Of a stretch of DNA of 64,000 nt, positions 30,740-46,420 are shown in pieces; within the stretch, counting starts at the first letter, position 1; the number at the start of each line of letters is the position of its first letter. The stretch comes from the human T2T-CHM13v2.0 reference genome, Homo sapiens, in the NCBI RefSeq assembly GCF_009914755.1, contig NC_060941.1; one strand, 5' to 3'. A program made the translations under genes and the position numbers. The notes under the pieces are model-generated. The model was not told where the DNA came from. It made no database searches and saw only the letters and a program-made list of their open reading frames with translations.

Positions 30740-31914
30740 TTAGCATGTGCCAAGTGATAATTGGCAAGACATCTTTTTCCGCAGACATTTGGGAGGCCCT
30801 GGGCATACTGATAGATAGAACAGAAGAGAGTGGAGGCCTTGGGAAGACAGAGAGAGAAGTATGTGTTCAGAGTGCAGGAGAGATGGAGTCCTGCTCCACC
30901 TGCTTTGGGCTCACGAGGGCTGCGGGTTCCGGAGACCTTGCTTTTGGAGCTTTGGCAAATGGAGGGCTCATAGGAGTGCAGTCAGGATGGCAAGCAGACT
31001 CAGTCACAGGAGGAATGGAGGCAACTGAGGCCGCTGAACCCGGAAAAGAACAGATTTAGTTAGAAGAAGACATCAAATAGTTGAAGTGCTGCCACAGGGA
31101 ATAGTAGTCAGCCTTACTTCTCTCTCGCTTTAGAGGGACAAGAGCCCATGGCTGTAAGTCCTAAAATGACAGAATTGGGTTCAGCAGGAGGAAGAATGTT
31201 TGTGTGTCTCCCCAAATGGAGTGGTTTGTCTGAGACACACTTACTGCATGTATTCACCTTCCCGATCTAGCTTCTGCTGTGCCTTTCATGTCTTTGTGAA
31301 CCTCCACAAAATCTAACAAAGTTCAAATAAGCATTCAAATATTTTTAATTAATTGATTATACCTGTAGTATGTTAGGTTTTGAGGCCAGGAATCATATAC
31401 ATCTAGTACATGTTTAAGCTTCCACCACACTAAGCAAATTGTTTTCAAAGACAAACGTGAAAAAAGGCAGCATCAGTACATCACCAATAATTTTAAAAGC
31501 ACACATCTGTCATTGGTGACCGCGCTGGTCTGTGCAGAGCAGGCGTGTGTGTGAATCTCTGTGCTGACTGACCATATCTGGGCAGACTCTACTTGTAGGG
31601 TTTCAGATCGGATCCAGACCCTGCTAGCCGTGAGTGCTGCTATGATTGGAACCCTTTGTCCGACTTGCCTGCCGTGTGCTTTCTTCTTTTCCCTTGATTC
31701 TGCAATGTATGTATGGGATTGAGTTAAGGCAGAAGCAAATGCTACAGCACTTTTGTGTGCAGTGTGGGAGAGGTAGAGGATTAGAAAGGAAGGAAGGGCC
31801 ATGACATTCTGGGATGTGTCTTATGTATTTAGGGAGACCCCCCACTCCTAAGAAGCAACAAATGAACAATTTTTAATTAGTCAAAGGCAAATTATGTGTA
31901 TCATTTTATGTATT

Positions 31915-32042
31915 TATTTATTTTTAATAGAGACAGGGTCTCACTGTGTTGCTCAGGCTGGTCTCAAACTCCTGGGCTCAAGTGGTCTTCCCACCTCAAC
32001 CTCCCAAAGTGCTGGGATTACATGAGCCACCATACCTGGCCT
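31915..32042 (-). mobile_element. Alu monomer/FLAM
   Basis: Antisense left-arm sequence. Confidence 0.8.
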
Positions 32043-32647
32043 ATGAGTCACTTTTCGTCTGGAAAGCAGCAGCATTGTCTCCGCCAGCTCCTTTGGAAGA
32101 CTGGCACGTAATACTTGCTCGGAGACCATGATGCGCTTTGGGAGGCTGCACAGGCTTTTTCGGGGAGCAGTGGAATGGCTGTGTTCTCTCTGCTGTCCAC
32201 CTGTCTTTGTGGGTAGGTACAGCTCAGGGATGTCTTGGAGGCCTGGGGGTTCCAGGGCCAGTGTAGGAGGAGTGTGGTTTTCTGTAGAGTGGATGGTACA
32301 ATTCCTTCAGAATCCCCAGTGCTGCAAGCTACTGACCTAGCAAATTGAAAGCCCCACACAGATTATTTGCAGGTTTAATATGCTCCTTTGTACTGTTTGC
32401 CCAAGTGACATCGTGAAAGACAGTGATCTGTATTGTGGTGGGGTGAGTGCACATGTGGAACTGAAAGGAACATATTTGGGTCCACACATCGGTGAGGGGC
32501 TGCATTCTCATACACATACACCCCCATTTCACTCAGAGCTTTTAAAACCTTACCTGCCACTCAAGTGATTGCAGTTCACAGCTAGCTACAATGTGCATAC
32601 TTTAAGTCTCTTCAGAAGAATCACATAATAAATAAGCCGAATCCTAA

Positions 32648-32663
32648 GACAGACAGACAGACA

Positions 32664-32711
<48 letters not shown>
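32648..32711. repeat. Compound (GACA)n(CA)n microsatellite
   Basis: Directly visible. Confidence 0.95.
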
Positions 32712-33879
32712 TTCTGTCTTTATGGAAAATGGCGGCTAATCCATGATCATTTTTTTTTCTAGAAACAGGTTTTAAGATAATATAGTAAAAATATTAAATT
32801 AGAAAATGCCTCACTAAGGGTTATAAAACCTTACTGCACTAGAGATAGGTAATTATCCCCTCTACAGCTTAATGACAGTTTAAAAGAAATAAAAATGTTA
32901 GTGCTCATTACTTGCTTTTGTAGTTTGCAATAAAGGGTAAGTTAAATTTTAATTCAAGGAAGAGCCCCTGCTATCGACCTTCTACCTCAGGTCCAAGTCC
33001 TGTTAATTACTCCGCAGGCTGCTCCCCTGCATGATACCAGCATGAACGCATTGTCTACAGTGGACACTCCCACTGACCATGAGTGTGTGTGTGCTGGGGG
33101 GTGGGGGTATTACAGATCAGTGATTTGCATCTTGATTCTTAATGTGATGGGGAGCAGGAATTATGTGTTTTTTTAAAAAGTTGATTATGCATAGCCTTAA
33201 GGGGACCTCAGGTATGAAACTACACACTTACCCTGGAGAATCTGATGGAACAAGGTTAACCTGGAGGATTGATAGTTTAGCTTCTCCACATGGCTAAATC
33301 CCAGTTAGGAAGATGCAGCCGGGGGGAAATGTTTATGCAGTGGAAGGCGGTCTGGCCCTCTGTCCAGTGGCACCTTTTTGTAGCCTCGTCTTTACTTGCA
33401 GTTTTTCTTGGGATGGGGTAAGGGCTGTGGACATGTTTTGTTTCTTTTCAGATGTCTTTGCCTTTCCCTAAGCACCTAGACACCTGCCTAGGTTTGAGGG
33501 AGGAAGAGCTCAGTGCACCCTGTGGCTCAGTCTTCACACTGGGGTATGCAGAGACTTTCCAAGGGGAAGGTAGACACAGATAGTCAAGGAGTCAGTCTTC
33601 AGACGTACGCTCTTTCCTAAAGCTGTCTGCCCCAGAGCAGGCCTGTGCTGGAGGGCTAGGTTGTCCTTTTACCCTCGTCCTTCTCTGGCCTTGAAAAGCC
33701 TCCCTCGAGCCCCTCCTTAAAGTGACATGGACCTCGGGCTGCCACAGGAAAACCTCCAGGGCCTCAAACCCAAGGACAGCTGGAAATATGGGTACAGAGA
33801 TTGAGAAAGCAAACGCCTAAGGACTAGAGGACAAGCCCTGTGCAGGCCGGGTGGTTTCTGGGTCTTCACTTCCAGCAGA

Positions 33880-34200
33880 ATCGCTGGAGAACACGAGTTG
33901 AATTGAGTTGGCAGTTGGTTGACCGTTAGGACTAATGTTTGGGGACGAGTCACTGTGCGATTTTTTGTGTGTGCTGTATAATTCAGAAAGAGCGAAAAGA
34001 ATCAAGTGGCATTGCTATGCCAGAACTCTGTCATTCCTATCTGCTTGTTTATATGACAACATTTCTCAGTGCTTATGTCTACAAAAAACAAAAAAATAGG
34101 AGTAGAATTGATGCTGAACCCTCCTTCATTCTGGCAATAAATAATATTCCTCCATGGATCCATGAACAAATGGAGGGAAAAGCCTCATCCATATCATTAA
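33880..34200 (+). mobile_element. hAT (Charlie/Buster-like) transposase C-terminal fossil
   Basis: Frameshifted translation ...FLSACLY(E)QHFSVL...KNRSRIDAEPSFILAINNIPPWI...PHPYH* resembles the hAT dimerisation-domain end. Confidence 0.65.
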
Positions 34201-34576
34201 GGGATGCATTTCTAATAACATTTTACACATGTATGAATACTAAATTTTCACTAAAATTAGGATATATTATATCATATTATTATATATTGATTATATCCTA
34301 ATAATAATCCAGAGGAACATTTTTAAACTACTTAGAGCCTTATAATGTCAAACAATTAAAATATTTTCATTTCAATTTTTTGAATTTTAAAAATTTCAAA
34401 AGTGCTTTTATTTACAGACTAATGTGGCCAAGAAGTATGATAAGGGTGATTGATAAAAGACATTCAAGCATGAAACCATTATATTAGGACAAAACTCTGT
34501 AGGGAAAAGTCAGGTGGAAATAAAATTTAAAAAGAAAAAGGTGCTATAAAATGTCCAAGTTAAAAAGTTTATGTGT

Positions 34577-34883
<307 letters not shown>

Positions 34884-37577
34884 TCAAATCATTATGGCAT
34901 GTAGGTTCCATTGCAGGCATTACAAAAGTTAATTTTCACAACATCCTGGTCATTATATATTTTGTAACTATTTAAACTTACTGTGAAAAACGTTATAAAA
35001 ATGTGCAACCCTACCTTCTCCAACCTAGTAAAGAGGGAGGAAGGGCTGTGCCTCCCTGTACCACCCAGCTGCTCAGGGCAGGAGCCAAAGCCAGGACCTG
35101 GAAAGAGGAAGGGCTGAGGCCAAGCTGAACCGCTGGAATCTACAGTGGGGGTGGCTGGTGGGGGGCGTGTGGGGCGGGGATCTTCATCCCCATGCTGCTC
35201 CTGGGCCCCAGGGAGGGTCTGCTTTGTCTGTCTCAGAGAAGGGAGTGGAAGAGTCAGCCAGGAGGTTGTTGCTGTGTGCTTCATGAGAAACGGTGAGATC
35301 TGACCTAGTGGAAGCCTGGAGGAGCTGTGAAGTTTGAGATGCTTTGAAGGTAAAAACGGTCACCAGCTGGTGATAGTGGGTGAGGAAGATGTAAAAGTTG
35401 AAATTGCTTGGGGACTTTTAGATTGAAATAATCCCCTATTGATATTCTCTCTCTCTGAAAATATTTTAAGAACCCAGACCACTCAGCTTCCCAGGTTGCT
35501 TTGCCATGAACAGCTGCATATGTTTGTCAGCTTTGCCCACCTGAGTGTGAAATGATGTTCTATGAAAACATGGGTTTCAGCATTTCACTCTCTGCTCCTG
35601 ACACGTGAACCCTGCTGCGGACAGTAACTGCTGCCTTCGGCCCAGGCGTTGCACTGATATTGCGCGCAGAGTGGAAGCATTTGCTCAGTGGTAATGATGG
35701 GGTCTGGTGCAGGCAAGCGCGGCGAGGCTGGAAAGGGTATGATGTGAAGGGCTAGCCTCGCGCCTCTGCATTTCTTTCTCATCAGACGTTGTCGTCCTAA
35801 AGTCACACTGTCCTTTTGTTATGGCAACTCTCCCTTTCACGCCATTTAATTTTTTGTGTGGAAACAGCTAGAGAGACTTGTCTTTACTGGCAAATAGGCA
35901 GGCCATGGTGTGATGAAGTGGAGCCTGCCCTGGGCACCGAAGTATCCGTGTGACGGAGCTGCTGATTTGGAAGCCGTGGGTTTGCATTTGGTCTGGGGCT
36001 GCCGTCCACCTTGGCAGGCTTCGTCTGGGCTGATTGAGGCTAGTCACATGGATGTGTGTAACAGAAGAGCAGAAGAGATGGGTGGAGCCAAGGGGGAAGC
36101 TGTGTCCTTTGTCTGTGGCCTAGGGGTCTGCTGGGTAGTTCAGGGTGAAGGCACCAGCACATTCTTGGGATAAAATTCCTGTAATAAAATTGGAGGCCTG
36201 TTGTTTTCTGGCCTGCACTTTCACTGCCTGTCCCTCCCGCGGTCCCCAACATGATAAGGCTAGCTTACATTTGTGGCTTCTGTAGTTCTTCCTTAAGATG
36301 TTTTTCTTTTGACTTTTTTAAAGCTTTGATACTCTATTCCTTTTGTTGGATTTCCTAATTGTAGTACCTTTATTCCTATCCATAACTATAGTAGGGTGAC
36401 TTCAAAAAAAGACCAGTAGTTTTTTGTGTTGAAGCCTTGCTGTTTGAAAGGTGGGGTTTTTTGGTTTTGCTTTTAAAGTCTGATGTGCCGATGCTGACCC
36501 TCAGATGATGAGAGCACTTTTAAAACAAGACGGCAGGCTGGAATTTGAGTTCCATCTTGAGAATATCCGAGCAGGTGTAGATTTCTTCTGGGGCTCCTGG
36601 CCCATGACCTCAGCCCTGTGTGCGCCTGCCCTGTCTCTGTGAGGGCTACCGGCTGGGCCTTCTGCAGGGCGTGGACATGGATGGCTGCCTCTGCGGCCAC
36701 GTGCTACACGCCCACCTCCCTGATGACAGGGACGTCCTCACACGGGTCTTGCCTGCTTGGAACCTCATGGGTCCCTCATGTCTCTGCAGGGAGGATCTGC
36801 TCTGTATCCACAGGGGAAAGTGTTCTGGAGCTTCTGTCTCAACGATAGGAAAGATCCCTGCCCCACCCACACCCCTTTTAGGTTTTCCAGGCCTTGACAC
36901 ATGGCTTTGGCCGATGTTTGTGTGTATGTTGCATTTAAAAGAGTTTGAAAGTGGTCATTTACTTTTCTTTTTAGGGGCCCAAGACCCTGGCATGTTATTG
37001 TTTTAATGTCAAAACCCAACTTTAGAAATAAATTAGCCAATCATATTATTTATTAGACTGAGAATAGAGACAGGGCAGCTGGGGAGTGTGGAAGAAGCTT
37101 GGTTCTCTTCCTGAACAACTGCACAGATGATAGTAATTGGAATCGTGTTGCTGGCTCATTTTCATTGTTTTTCAAGTACTGCCAAGTCCAAGAAAATGTA
37201 TGAAAACTAAATTATATCCCCCTACATCCCATGTCTGATTGAATCCTCCTCATCGGATGGCGGTCTCCTACATCCTATTAAAATATTCAATCTTGTTTTC
37301 TTACTTGAAGAGCCTGTCTGCAAAGGGCAAACTTACAGAACACTCATTCCCTGGAGACGGGTGTCCAGCCGCACTGGACCATTTACATATTTTACTGTTT
37401 GATTGGGTTTCTTCCTTCTGTTGTATTTGTGAGTAAGAGCTGTGGGGTGCATTTTTAATTACATGGCTGTGTTTTCAACAGAAGAAACAGAATGGGGTAT
37501 TTTCCAGCTTCTGCGTTCCTTTTTAACCTTGAATAGTGAACCAGTGTGTTAACCAGTTTGCTGTGTTTGTCTTTTAG

Positions 37578-37641
37578 GACAGAACTGTACCGCTCTCTTT
37601 TTGGCCAGCTCCACCCTCCCGACGAAGGCCACGGGGATTGA
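37578..37641 (+). CDS. AATF: AATF last coding exon: (R)TELYRSLFGQLHPPDEGHGD*
   Basis: tttgtcttttag acceptor, in frame, TGA at 37639-37641; SLFG motif. Confidence 0.96.
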
Positions 37642-37848
37642 CATCGCCCACCTCCGACACCCAGTGGGCGCCTTGGCTGGTGCGGCTGCTGGTCCAGATG
37701 GAGGAAACCAGTGACTTTATGGGGCTGAGCTAGTAGGGAAGCCCCTGGAAAGATGCTGCGTTCCGAACCTGTGCCTAATACACGCAAGGGCGCTGTCCCG
37801 CCCAACCCCGCCTTTAAACGCCACAAATAAAGAGCATTGTTACCGCCA
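37642..37848 (+). other. AATF: AATF 3'UTR (3' end approximate)
   Basis: Lies between the stop codon and ~17 nt past AATAAA; GU/U-rich sequence follows. Confidence 0.8.
37826..37831 (+). terminator. AATF polyadenylation signal AATAAA
   Basis: First canonical hexamer after the stop codon. Confidence 0.85.
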
Positions 37849-37984
37849 CCACCGCTTGTGATTTCTTAAGAGGCTGAGAGTCAGTCTGGTTTGGTTCTAG
37901 TGGATGACACATTTACTGAGCTTTTTTTTTTCTAGTCCAGTGGCCTCCTCATACAATGTCAGACTTGACGTTTCCTTGACCCAC

Positions 37985-39645
<1,661 letters not shown>

Positions 39646-39656
39646 AAAAACACTTA

Positions 39657-39961
<305 letters not shown>

Positions 39962-40022
39962 TTAAAAGGAATGATGCTGGGATAGGATGCTTCTTTCTTT
40001 TAATTTTTTTAAAAAAAGGTTT

Positions 40023-40092
40023 CAGCTACTCTGGGCACACTCTGCCTGTGGGGGTACCCCTGCTCTGCAAGGAGCAGTTTAAAAAAATAAAT
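40023..40092 (+). mobile_element. Short A-tailed retroposed sequence, LTR-like
   Basis: ~56-nt body plus A-rich tail between AAAA(A/G)GGTTT duplications. Confidence 0.5.
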
Positions 40093-40114
40093 TTAAAAGG
40101 GTTTTCTTTTGTGT

Positions 40115-40278
40115 GTATGTGAGAGACAGGGTCTTGCTCTGTCTCCCAGGCTCGAGTGCAGTGGTGTGATCTGTGATCATAGCTCGCTGCAGCCTCTACC
40201 TCCCAGGCTCAAGCAATCCCCTCCCACCTCAGCCTCTCAGGTAGCTGGGACTACAGGTGTGTGCCACCACACCTGGCC
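40115..40278 (-). mobile_element. Alu monomer (AluJ/FRAM)
   Basis: Antisense right-arm sequence. Confidence 0.82.
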
Positions 40279-40769
40279 AGGATGCTGCTGAGTGGATAAT
40301 GTTTAGTGGTTTATCACAGCTCTGAGGAGCAGAGACTCCCCCAAAAACCTAGGGGACTTTGTAATTTGGAGGCATTTGCCTGTTGTCACAAATACACGGT
40401 TGTTTGACTTTTTTTGTCTCCTCTTTTCACCTATAAAGATTCTTCCAGAGTCCTTTTCCATGCTCACCATTCCTAAATCACTATTGATATTAGCTCTGGT
40501 GTAAATCTGGCAGGAGACAATTCACTTGTTTTTCATCCAAAGGTCAAAAGCTGGAAATTAAATCCCCATAAGGGGAATTTATTGGCTTGCTGTGGTCAAT
40601 ATGCAGTGAAGATTATCTTGCATAAGTAATGTGCGCATATGGGTGGCCAGCATGCTGGCCTGAGCATCTCATAGGTCCTTTGCCCAGCTCTTTATTTAGA
40701 GCTATGGGATTAGAGAAGGCATTTTGGATCCAGGCAACTGAGTTGAGTTGTAGTTACTATAACTACTTG

Positions 40770-41067
40770 TTTGTTTGTTTTTTGAGACAGAGTTTTGCTC
40801 TGTCACCCAAGCTGGAGTGCAGTGGTACAATCCTGGCTCACTGTAACTTCCACCTCCCGGGTTCAAGCGAGTCTCTCATGCCTTAGTCTTCCAAGTAGCT
40901 GGGATTATAGGCTCGTGCCACCATGCCTGGCTAATTTTTGTATTTTTAGTAGAGATGGGGTTTTACCATGTTGGCCAGGCTAGTCTCGAACTCCTGACCT
41001 CAAGTGATCTGCTGGCCTCAGCCTCCCAAAGTGCTGGGATTACAGGCGTAAGCCACTGCGCCTGGCC
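40770..41067 (-). mobile_element. AluSx-like with TSD TAACTACTTG
   Basis: Antisense Alu dimer and flanking duplication. Confidence 0.92.
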
Positions 41068-42231
41068 CTAACTACTTGCTTTCAAAGTTGAGTTTTGATA
41101 TTGCTTTGAAATGTCAAAACCAAGGGACAGATTTTTGTCCCCAGGAATCCTCTATATCATTGCCTTGGTGTCAGGGACAGCCGCACAGTGCCTTCGGCTG
41201 GACTGCAGAAGAAGCGAGGCCTGACGTCATCTGCATCACAGTTGAGTTTTAACATAAATGAATCTGCTGAGCTCAGGATGGGGCAGATAGGAGGGAGGAG
41301 GGTTTTTCCATCTCATATTAATTGGACCTTGGTATGCAGTGGCTTTTCTTGTCTCTACAATCACCTCTTTGGCTTGACTGTCAGGGAAATGTTTACTTTT
41401 CAATGTGTCTCCAGTTACCAAAAAACTCAACCGAAATAGGAGAGTTCCCGCACATTCACTGCTTTCAAAATGATCCCCTTTTAAAATACAGAACATCCAA
41501 CGTTGTCCATCTAGCCGTGAGGGTTCTGGATGATGCTTGGTAGGACGGCAAGGAAATGACCTCTTAGTACTGAGGTTTCTATGAGCCTGACGCCAACCCG
41601 AGTTTCCTAAACAGAACCTTTGTCATCGTTACTCTGATGAAGAAAAAGATTTAAACATGCCCTTCAAAATATTTGGAGTCCAGCAAGTTTAATTAAAATG
41701 AGTTAAAAATGAGAGCTGAGAAAGAAGGAACTGACAGAACTTTCACTGAAGGGAGGCTTTGCATTTAAAATTCAGAAGGTCACCCTCCTTCCAGCCAAGA
41801 ATAAATTGGAAACTATTTTAATTGACACGGATACTGCAATTCAACTGTTACTAGAAAGATTAGTTGATTGATTTGCATTTTAATAAAACTAATACTTTAC
41901 ATTTTGGTAGCTAATGCTGACTTTCAAATGAGTTGAGAACAGTTATCAAGAGTTTCAATCCAGAGCCCTTTTTCAGTGTTGACTGAAGCATTCCTCTCTT
42001 TTGTGTGGAGTTTGCGTTTATTTTATTTTTGCCCAGCTGACTGCTTCACACGAGACACTCATAAACCATAGACCTTAAAGATCTCACCAGTACGGCAAGG
42101 CGGTGAGCTGGTCACGCTGAAACGTGGCTGCAGCCACAGCTCCACCCTGCCCAGGTGTGCACCAGAGATCTGGGAAAGAGGGCAGAGGGCCTCCCTTCAG
42201 GGTAGAGGAAATGCTAAGGCTGGCTTTTTGT

Positions 42232-42525
42232 CTTATTTATTTTTGAGACAGGTTCTTGCTCTGTCACCCAGGCTGGAGTGCAGTGGTGCAATCTTGCCTC
42301 ACTGCAGCTTTGACCTCCTGGGCTCAGGTAATCCTTCCACCTCAGCCTCCTGAGTAGCTGGGGCCACAGGCACGCACCACCATGCTGGCTAGTTTTTGTG
42401 TTTTTTGTATGGACGGGGTTTTGCCATGTTGCCCAGGCTGGTCTCGAACTCCTGAACTCAAGTGATCTGCCCACCTCGGCCTCCCAAAGTGCTGGGATTA
42501 CAGGCGTGCGCCACCACACCCGGCC
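42232..42525 (-). mobile_element. Alu (J/S)
   Basis: Antisense Alu dimer. Confidence 0.9.
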
Positions 42526-44104
42526 CCACTTGTCATCTTTAGTAATTTGGGGTCCTCTTCTGTGTCTAGAAACAATCATACAGAATAGCCCTGGTGATTC
42601 TCAGCAGGGGAGGAGCCAGGGAGCAGTTTGCAGGGGAAGACTTGGTTTTTACTTCTAGACTGTTTGATATTTTTTACTTATCCTTAAAAACAAAATCCTC
42701 ATGCAGCCATGTCTGCCACCCCCCTGCACACATGTATGCCAGCTGAGAAGCATGGTGCACAGTGATCTGCATTTTAATAGCTCAGTCAGATGATTTCCAT
42801 GTTTTCGCAGATGTCACACTTTCATTACTAACTAGTCATTCCATTTGGGGCCCGTATCAATATTTCACCAAATCCCCTGTTTGGGGACATTTACATTGTT
42901 TCTAGGTTTTTGCTCTTAATATACAGGATAATAGTAGAGGAGAATATTTGTGCATCAAGCTTGTTTATTGTGGTTTTTGAGACTTTTGTTTTCCTTGGTG
43001 TATATCTTTAGGAGTAAAAGGAATCAAGTGAAAGAGTCTGTGTGTTTTTAGGGCTCTTGGAACATCGTGGTGGCGTCAGGGCCCTCGTCCACCCCCACTT
43101 GCCTAGGCCAGGCCATCTGTAACACAGGGCGTGGAGGAGCCAGGAGGACACTGGCCCTGGAATTTGATCCTGGGATTTATTTCTTGCTCCCCAGGGACCC
43201 CTTCAAATCATCATGCTCCTCTGGGAGGATTAAAGAGCTGCTTCCTATAATGTGCTTTGAAATGATGCTCCAATGAAAGATGGTGGATAAACAGAAAGTG
43301 ACACCATCGTCTCCCTCCCAGGCGCCCGTATTTTTTCCTGGCTGCTGGATCGCATATAATCTGCTCTCCACGTGCCCCTCTTGTTTTCATGCTCTTGCTA
43401 CTTTCGGAGCCTTCACCCTGGGGTCTCCCAGGCAGGTTTTCCTTGTCCTCTAGACTTTTGGTGTGCAGCCATTTCTCTCCAGGAATGCTGGCTAGGGCTC
43501 CCTATTGAACTTCATTTGGAACCCCTGGGCGTGTGAGAAGACACGGGAAAGCCAGCCCCCCCCCGCTCACTCCAGCAACTGACTCTGCATTGCCAGCTTA
43601 GGGATGCAGTTTCCTTTTTAGAAGTTGATTTCCTGCTCTCCACATGCATTGCTAAAACCCCTCCAACGTGACTGCCTCTCTCAGTCTTACCATTTAATCC
43701 AAAGAGAGCAGAGTTTGAGGCTTAGAATGAATCCAAATATGATGTTGGTCATAAAGGTTTGTACCATTCCCCAGGAATGAAGCAGTCACTCTGTACATGG
43801 AATGTGTTAATGCCAAGATCCACGTCTCCCCGGATCCAGACGCACAAATGAGGTAGGTGCGTGCCTCAGCACAACTGTGCAGGTGGGTGGAGGTGAAGGG
43901 TGTCAGGGAAGGGCCCAAGGCTGGGTGCAAAAGCATGGGTGTTTTATGCCTGGGCCACTGCCTGCCCCTCTGGTGACATCAGAACCGTGCCACTTTCTAT
44001 CCTTGCTGTTCTGTTGCCCGTGTTTAATAAACACAGACACAACAGTGAGCCTGGCCTAAAATGAATGAACTTTGTTTCCTGCACCTCAGTTTGTGTTTTT
44101 ACTT

Positions 44105-44700
<596 letters not shown>

Positions 44701-46317
44701 TGTATGTATGTGCATGTGTATCGGGGCATTGTACTAGAAATTAAATAAAGCTTGCCTTCGTGAAGAGAACCATTCTCCTTTTAAGTTTACTTCTTTTACT
44801 TTCTTTTCTCTTTCTTCATAACATTTAAAAAATAATTGCCAGAAATTTGGTAAGTTCATTAACTAATTCTCTCAAGTCCAGGCTGCACATCACCCTGCTG
44901 ATTCGTGTGGATTCAATTTGTCCAACAGTTCTATCGATGAAGTCCTCATTATCCGCTCCTCGTGTGTGGATGGGAGGAAGGTTGTAAATGCAGCCTGAGT
45001 GCACCTTATCTAACTTTTGTTTTTCTCGTAGATCTATAGATTTCCTTTACGGTGCCTTTCTTGCCCATCATGTGGGGTCTGCCAATAGGATCGTTGCCTC
45101 AACTGCATTTATATTCCTGAGAAGTTTACTCCATTTATTTCCCCTGGTTCCGGGTTCTTGGAGTTCATTTGTTGAGGTCAAGGACACCATGTTCTCAGGA
45201 AAGAAAATTTTAAAGAACGTGGAAAAAAAAAAAAGCAACAGCTGCACATCACTGATCGGGTAGAAAAAGAATATAAGGATCTCAATAGGCATCCGGACGG
45301 TAACACATGAAGACTCCTGCTCACCCCTCCCCCACATCTGCCTCTCTACGACTGGGTTGGAAATGAGCTCCATGTGTGCTGGGCAGGCAGGTTCCTGGCA
45401 CCGGCAGCTGGCCGCTTCTCTTTTCTGCGATCTGCCCCTCCCGTGCTACCAGGTTCTAAGAGGGACTTAAGAACACATTGCTAGTGCTGGCTTTGGCTTG
45501 TGTGATGTTTGAGTAGAGGACACGTGTGATTGAAGGCTGGAGTCATGGAGAGAATCGTGGACTAGAAATCAAGTCTGCTGGGGTCTGACCTTGAGGAAGT
45601 CACTTCCCTCGGGGTCCTTATTAGTGATCTGAGGGTCAGTTCATGGCTGCTAAGGACTTTCCCATTCTGAAGCCGCTGTTTCTAAGTAAAAGCAGCATCG
45701 CAGACGGGGGTTAGTGCGGTGTGAGAATGCTGTTCAAGTCCATTCCTTCAGGTATTTCTTGACCTCCTACTGTGTGACAGGCACTGGGGGAGGCTTAGCA
45801 AGGGGCTCTTTTGGCAGGTGACCCAGTCTCTAGGTGGTTTCTGTTGACCTCCTCTTTTCTTCCATAGGGTTCTCTAGACTTGGGTCTCATCAAAAACTGC
45901 TGCCCCCGCTGCAGTTGCTCTTAATCTTGGCTGGAACTCCTGGAAGCTCAGGCTCTGGATGCATTTTCAGGTTTAGCATCACTTACTTTCCCAAGGTTCT
46001 GGCTCTCCAAGGTGAAAGCGCAGCCTCAAGGGAGGGTGATAGCCCGGGTGCTCAAGGCCCCTTACATCCTGGGCCTTCAAAGTCTGGCTCTGAGAGACCG
46101 CCTGCGGGAACGCAGATGCATTAGTATGCAGGTGTGCTGGTACAGAGCACAAAGCAATTAGCCTGCTGCTCTGCAATTTCTGCCTTTCCCCAGCAAGTGT
46201 GACTCAAGTTTTGGTTCCTTTGCCTGCATGGCCAGCACCGTCCTTTCTCCTGTGGGGAGGCCTGGGGGCTTCAGGGGATGCCTGTTCTAATTCTAGGAGT
46301 GGTCCGGAGCATCTAGA

Positions 46318-46420
46318 CCAGAGCTGTCCGATAGAACTTTCTAGGATGATGGGAATGTAATCCGGCTGTTCTGTGCTATCCCGCATGGTAGCCACCAGCC
46401 ACGTGTGCACTTGCAGGATG
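46318..46420. mobile_element. MER3-like hAT MITE fragment
   Basis: ctgtccgatagaactttct...ggtagccaccagccacgtgtg. Confidence 0.7.

Noticed and set aside
37455-37826. 123-aa antisense ORF over the last AATF exon
   Set aside because: Non-ATG start, GC-rich shadow frame, no recognisable homology.
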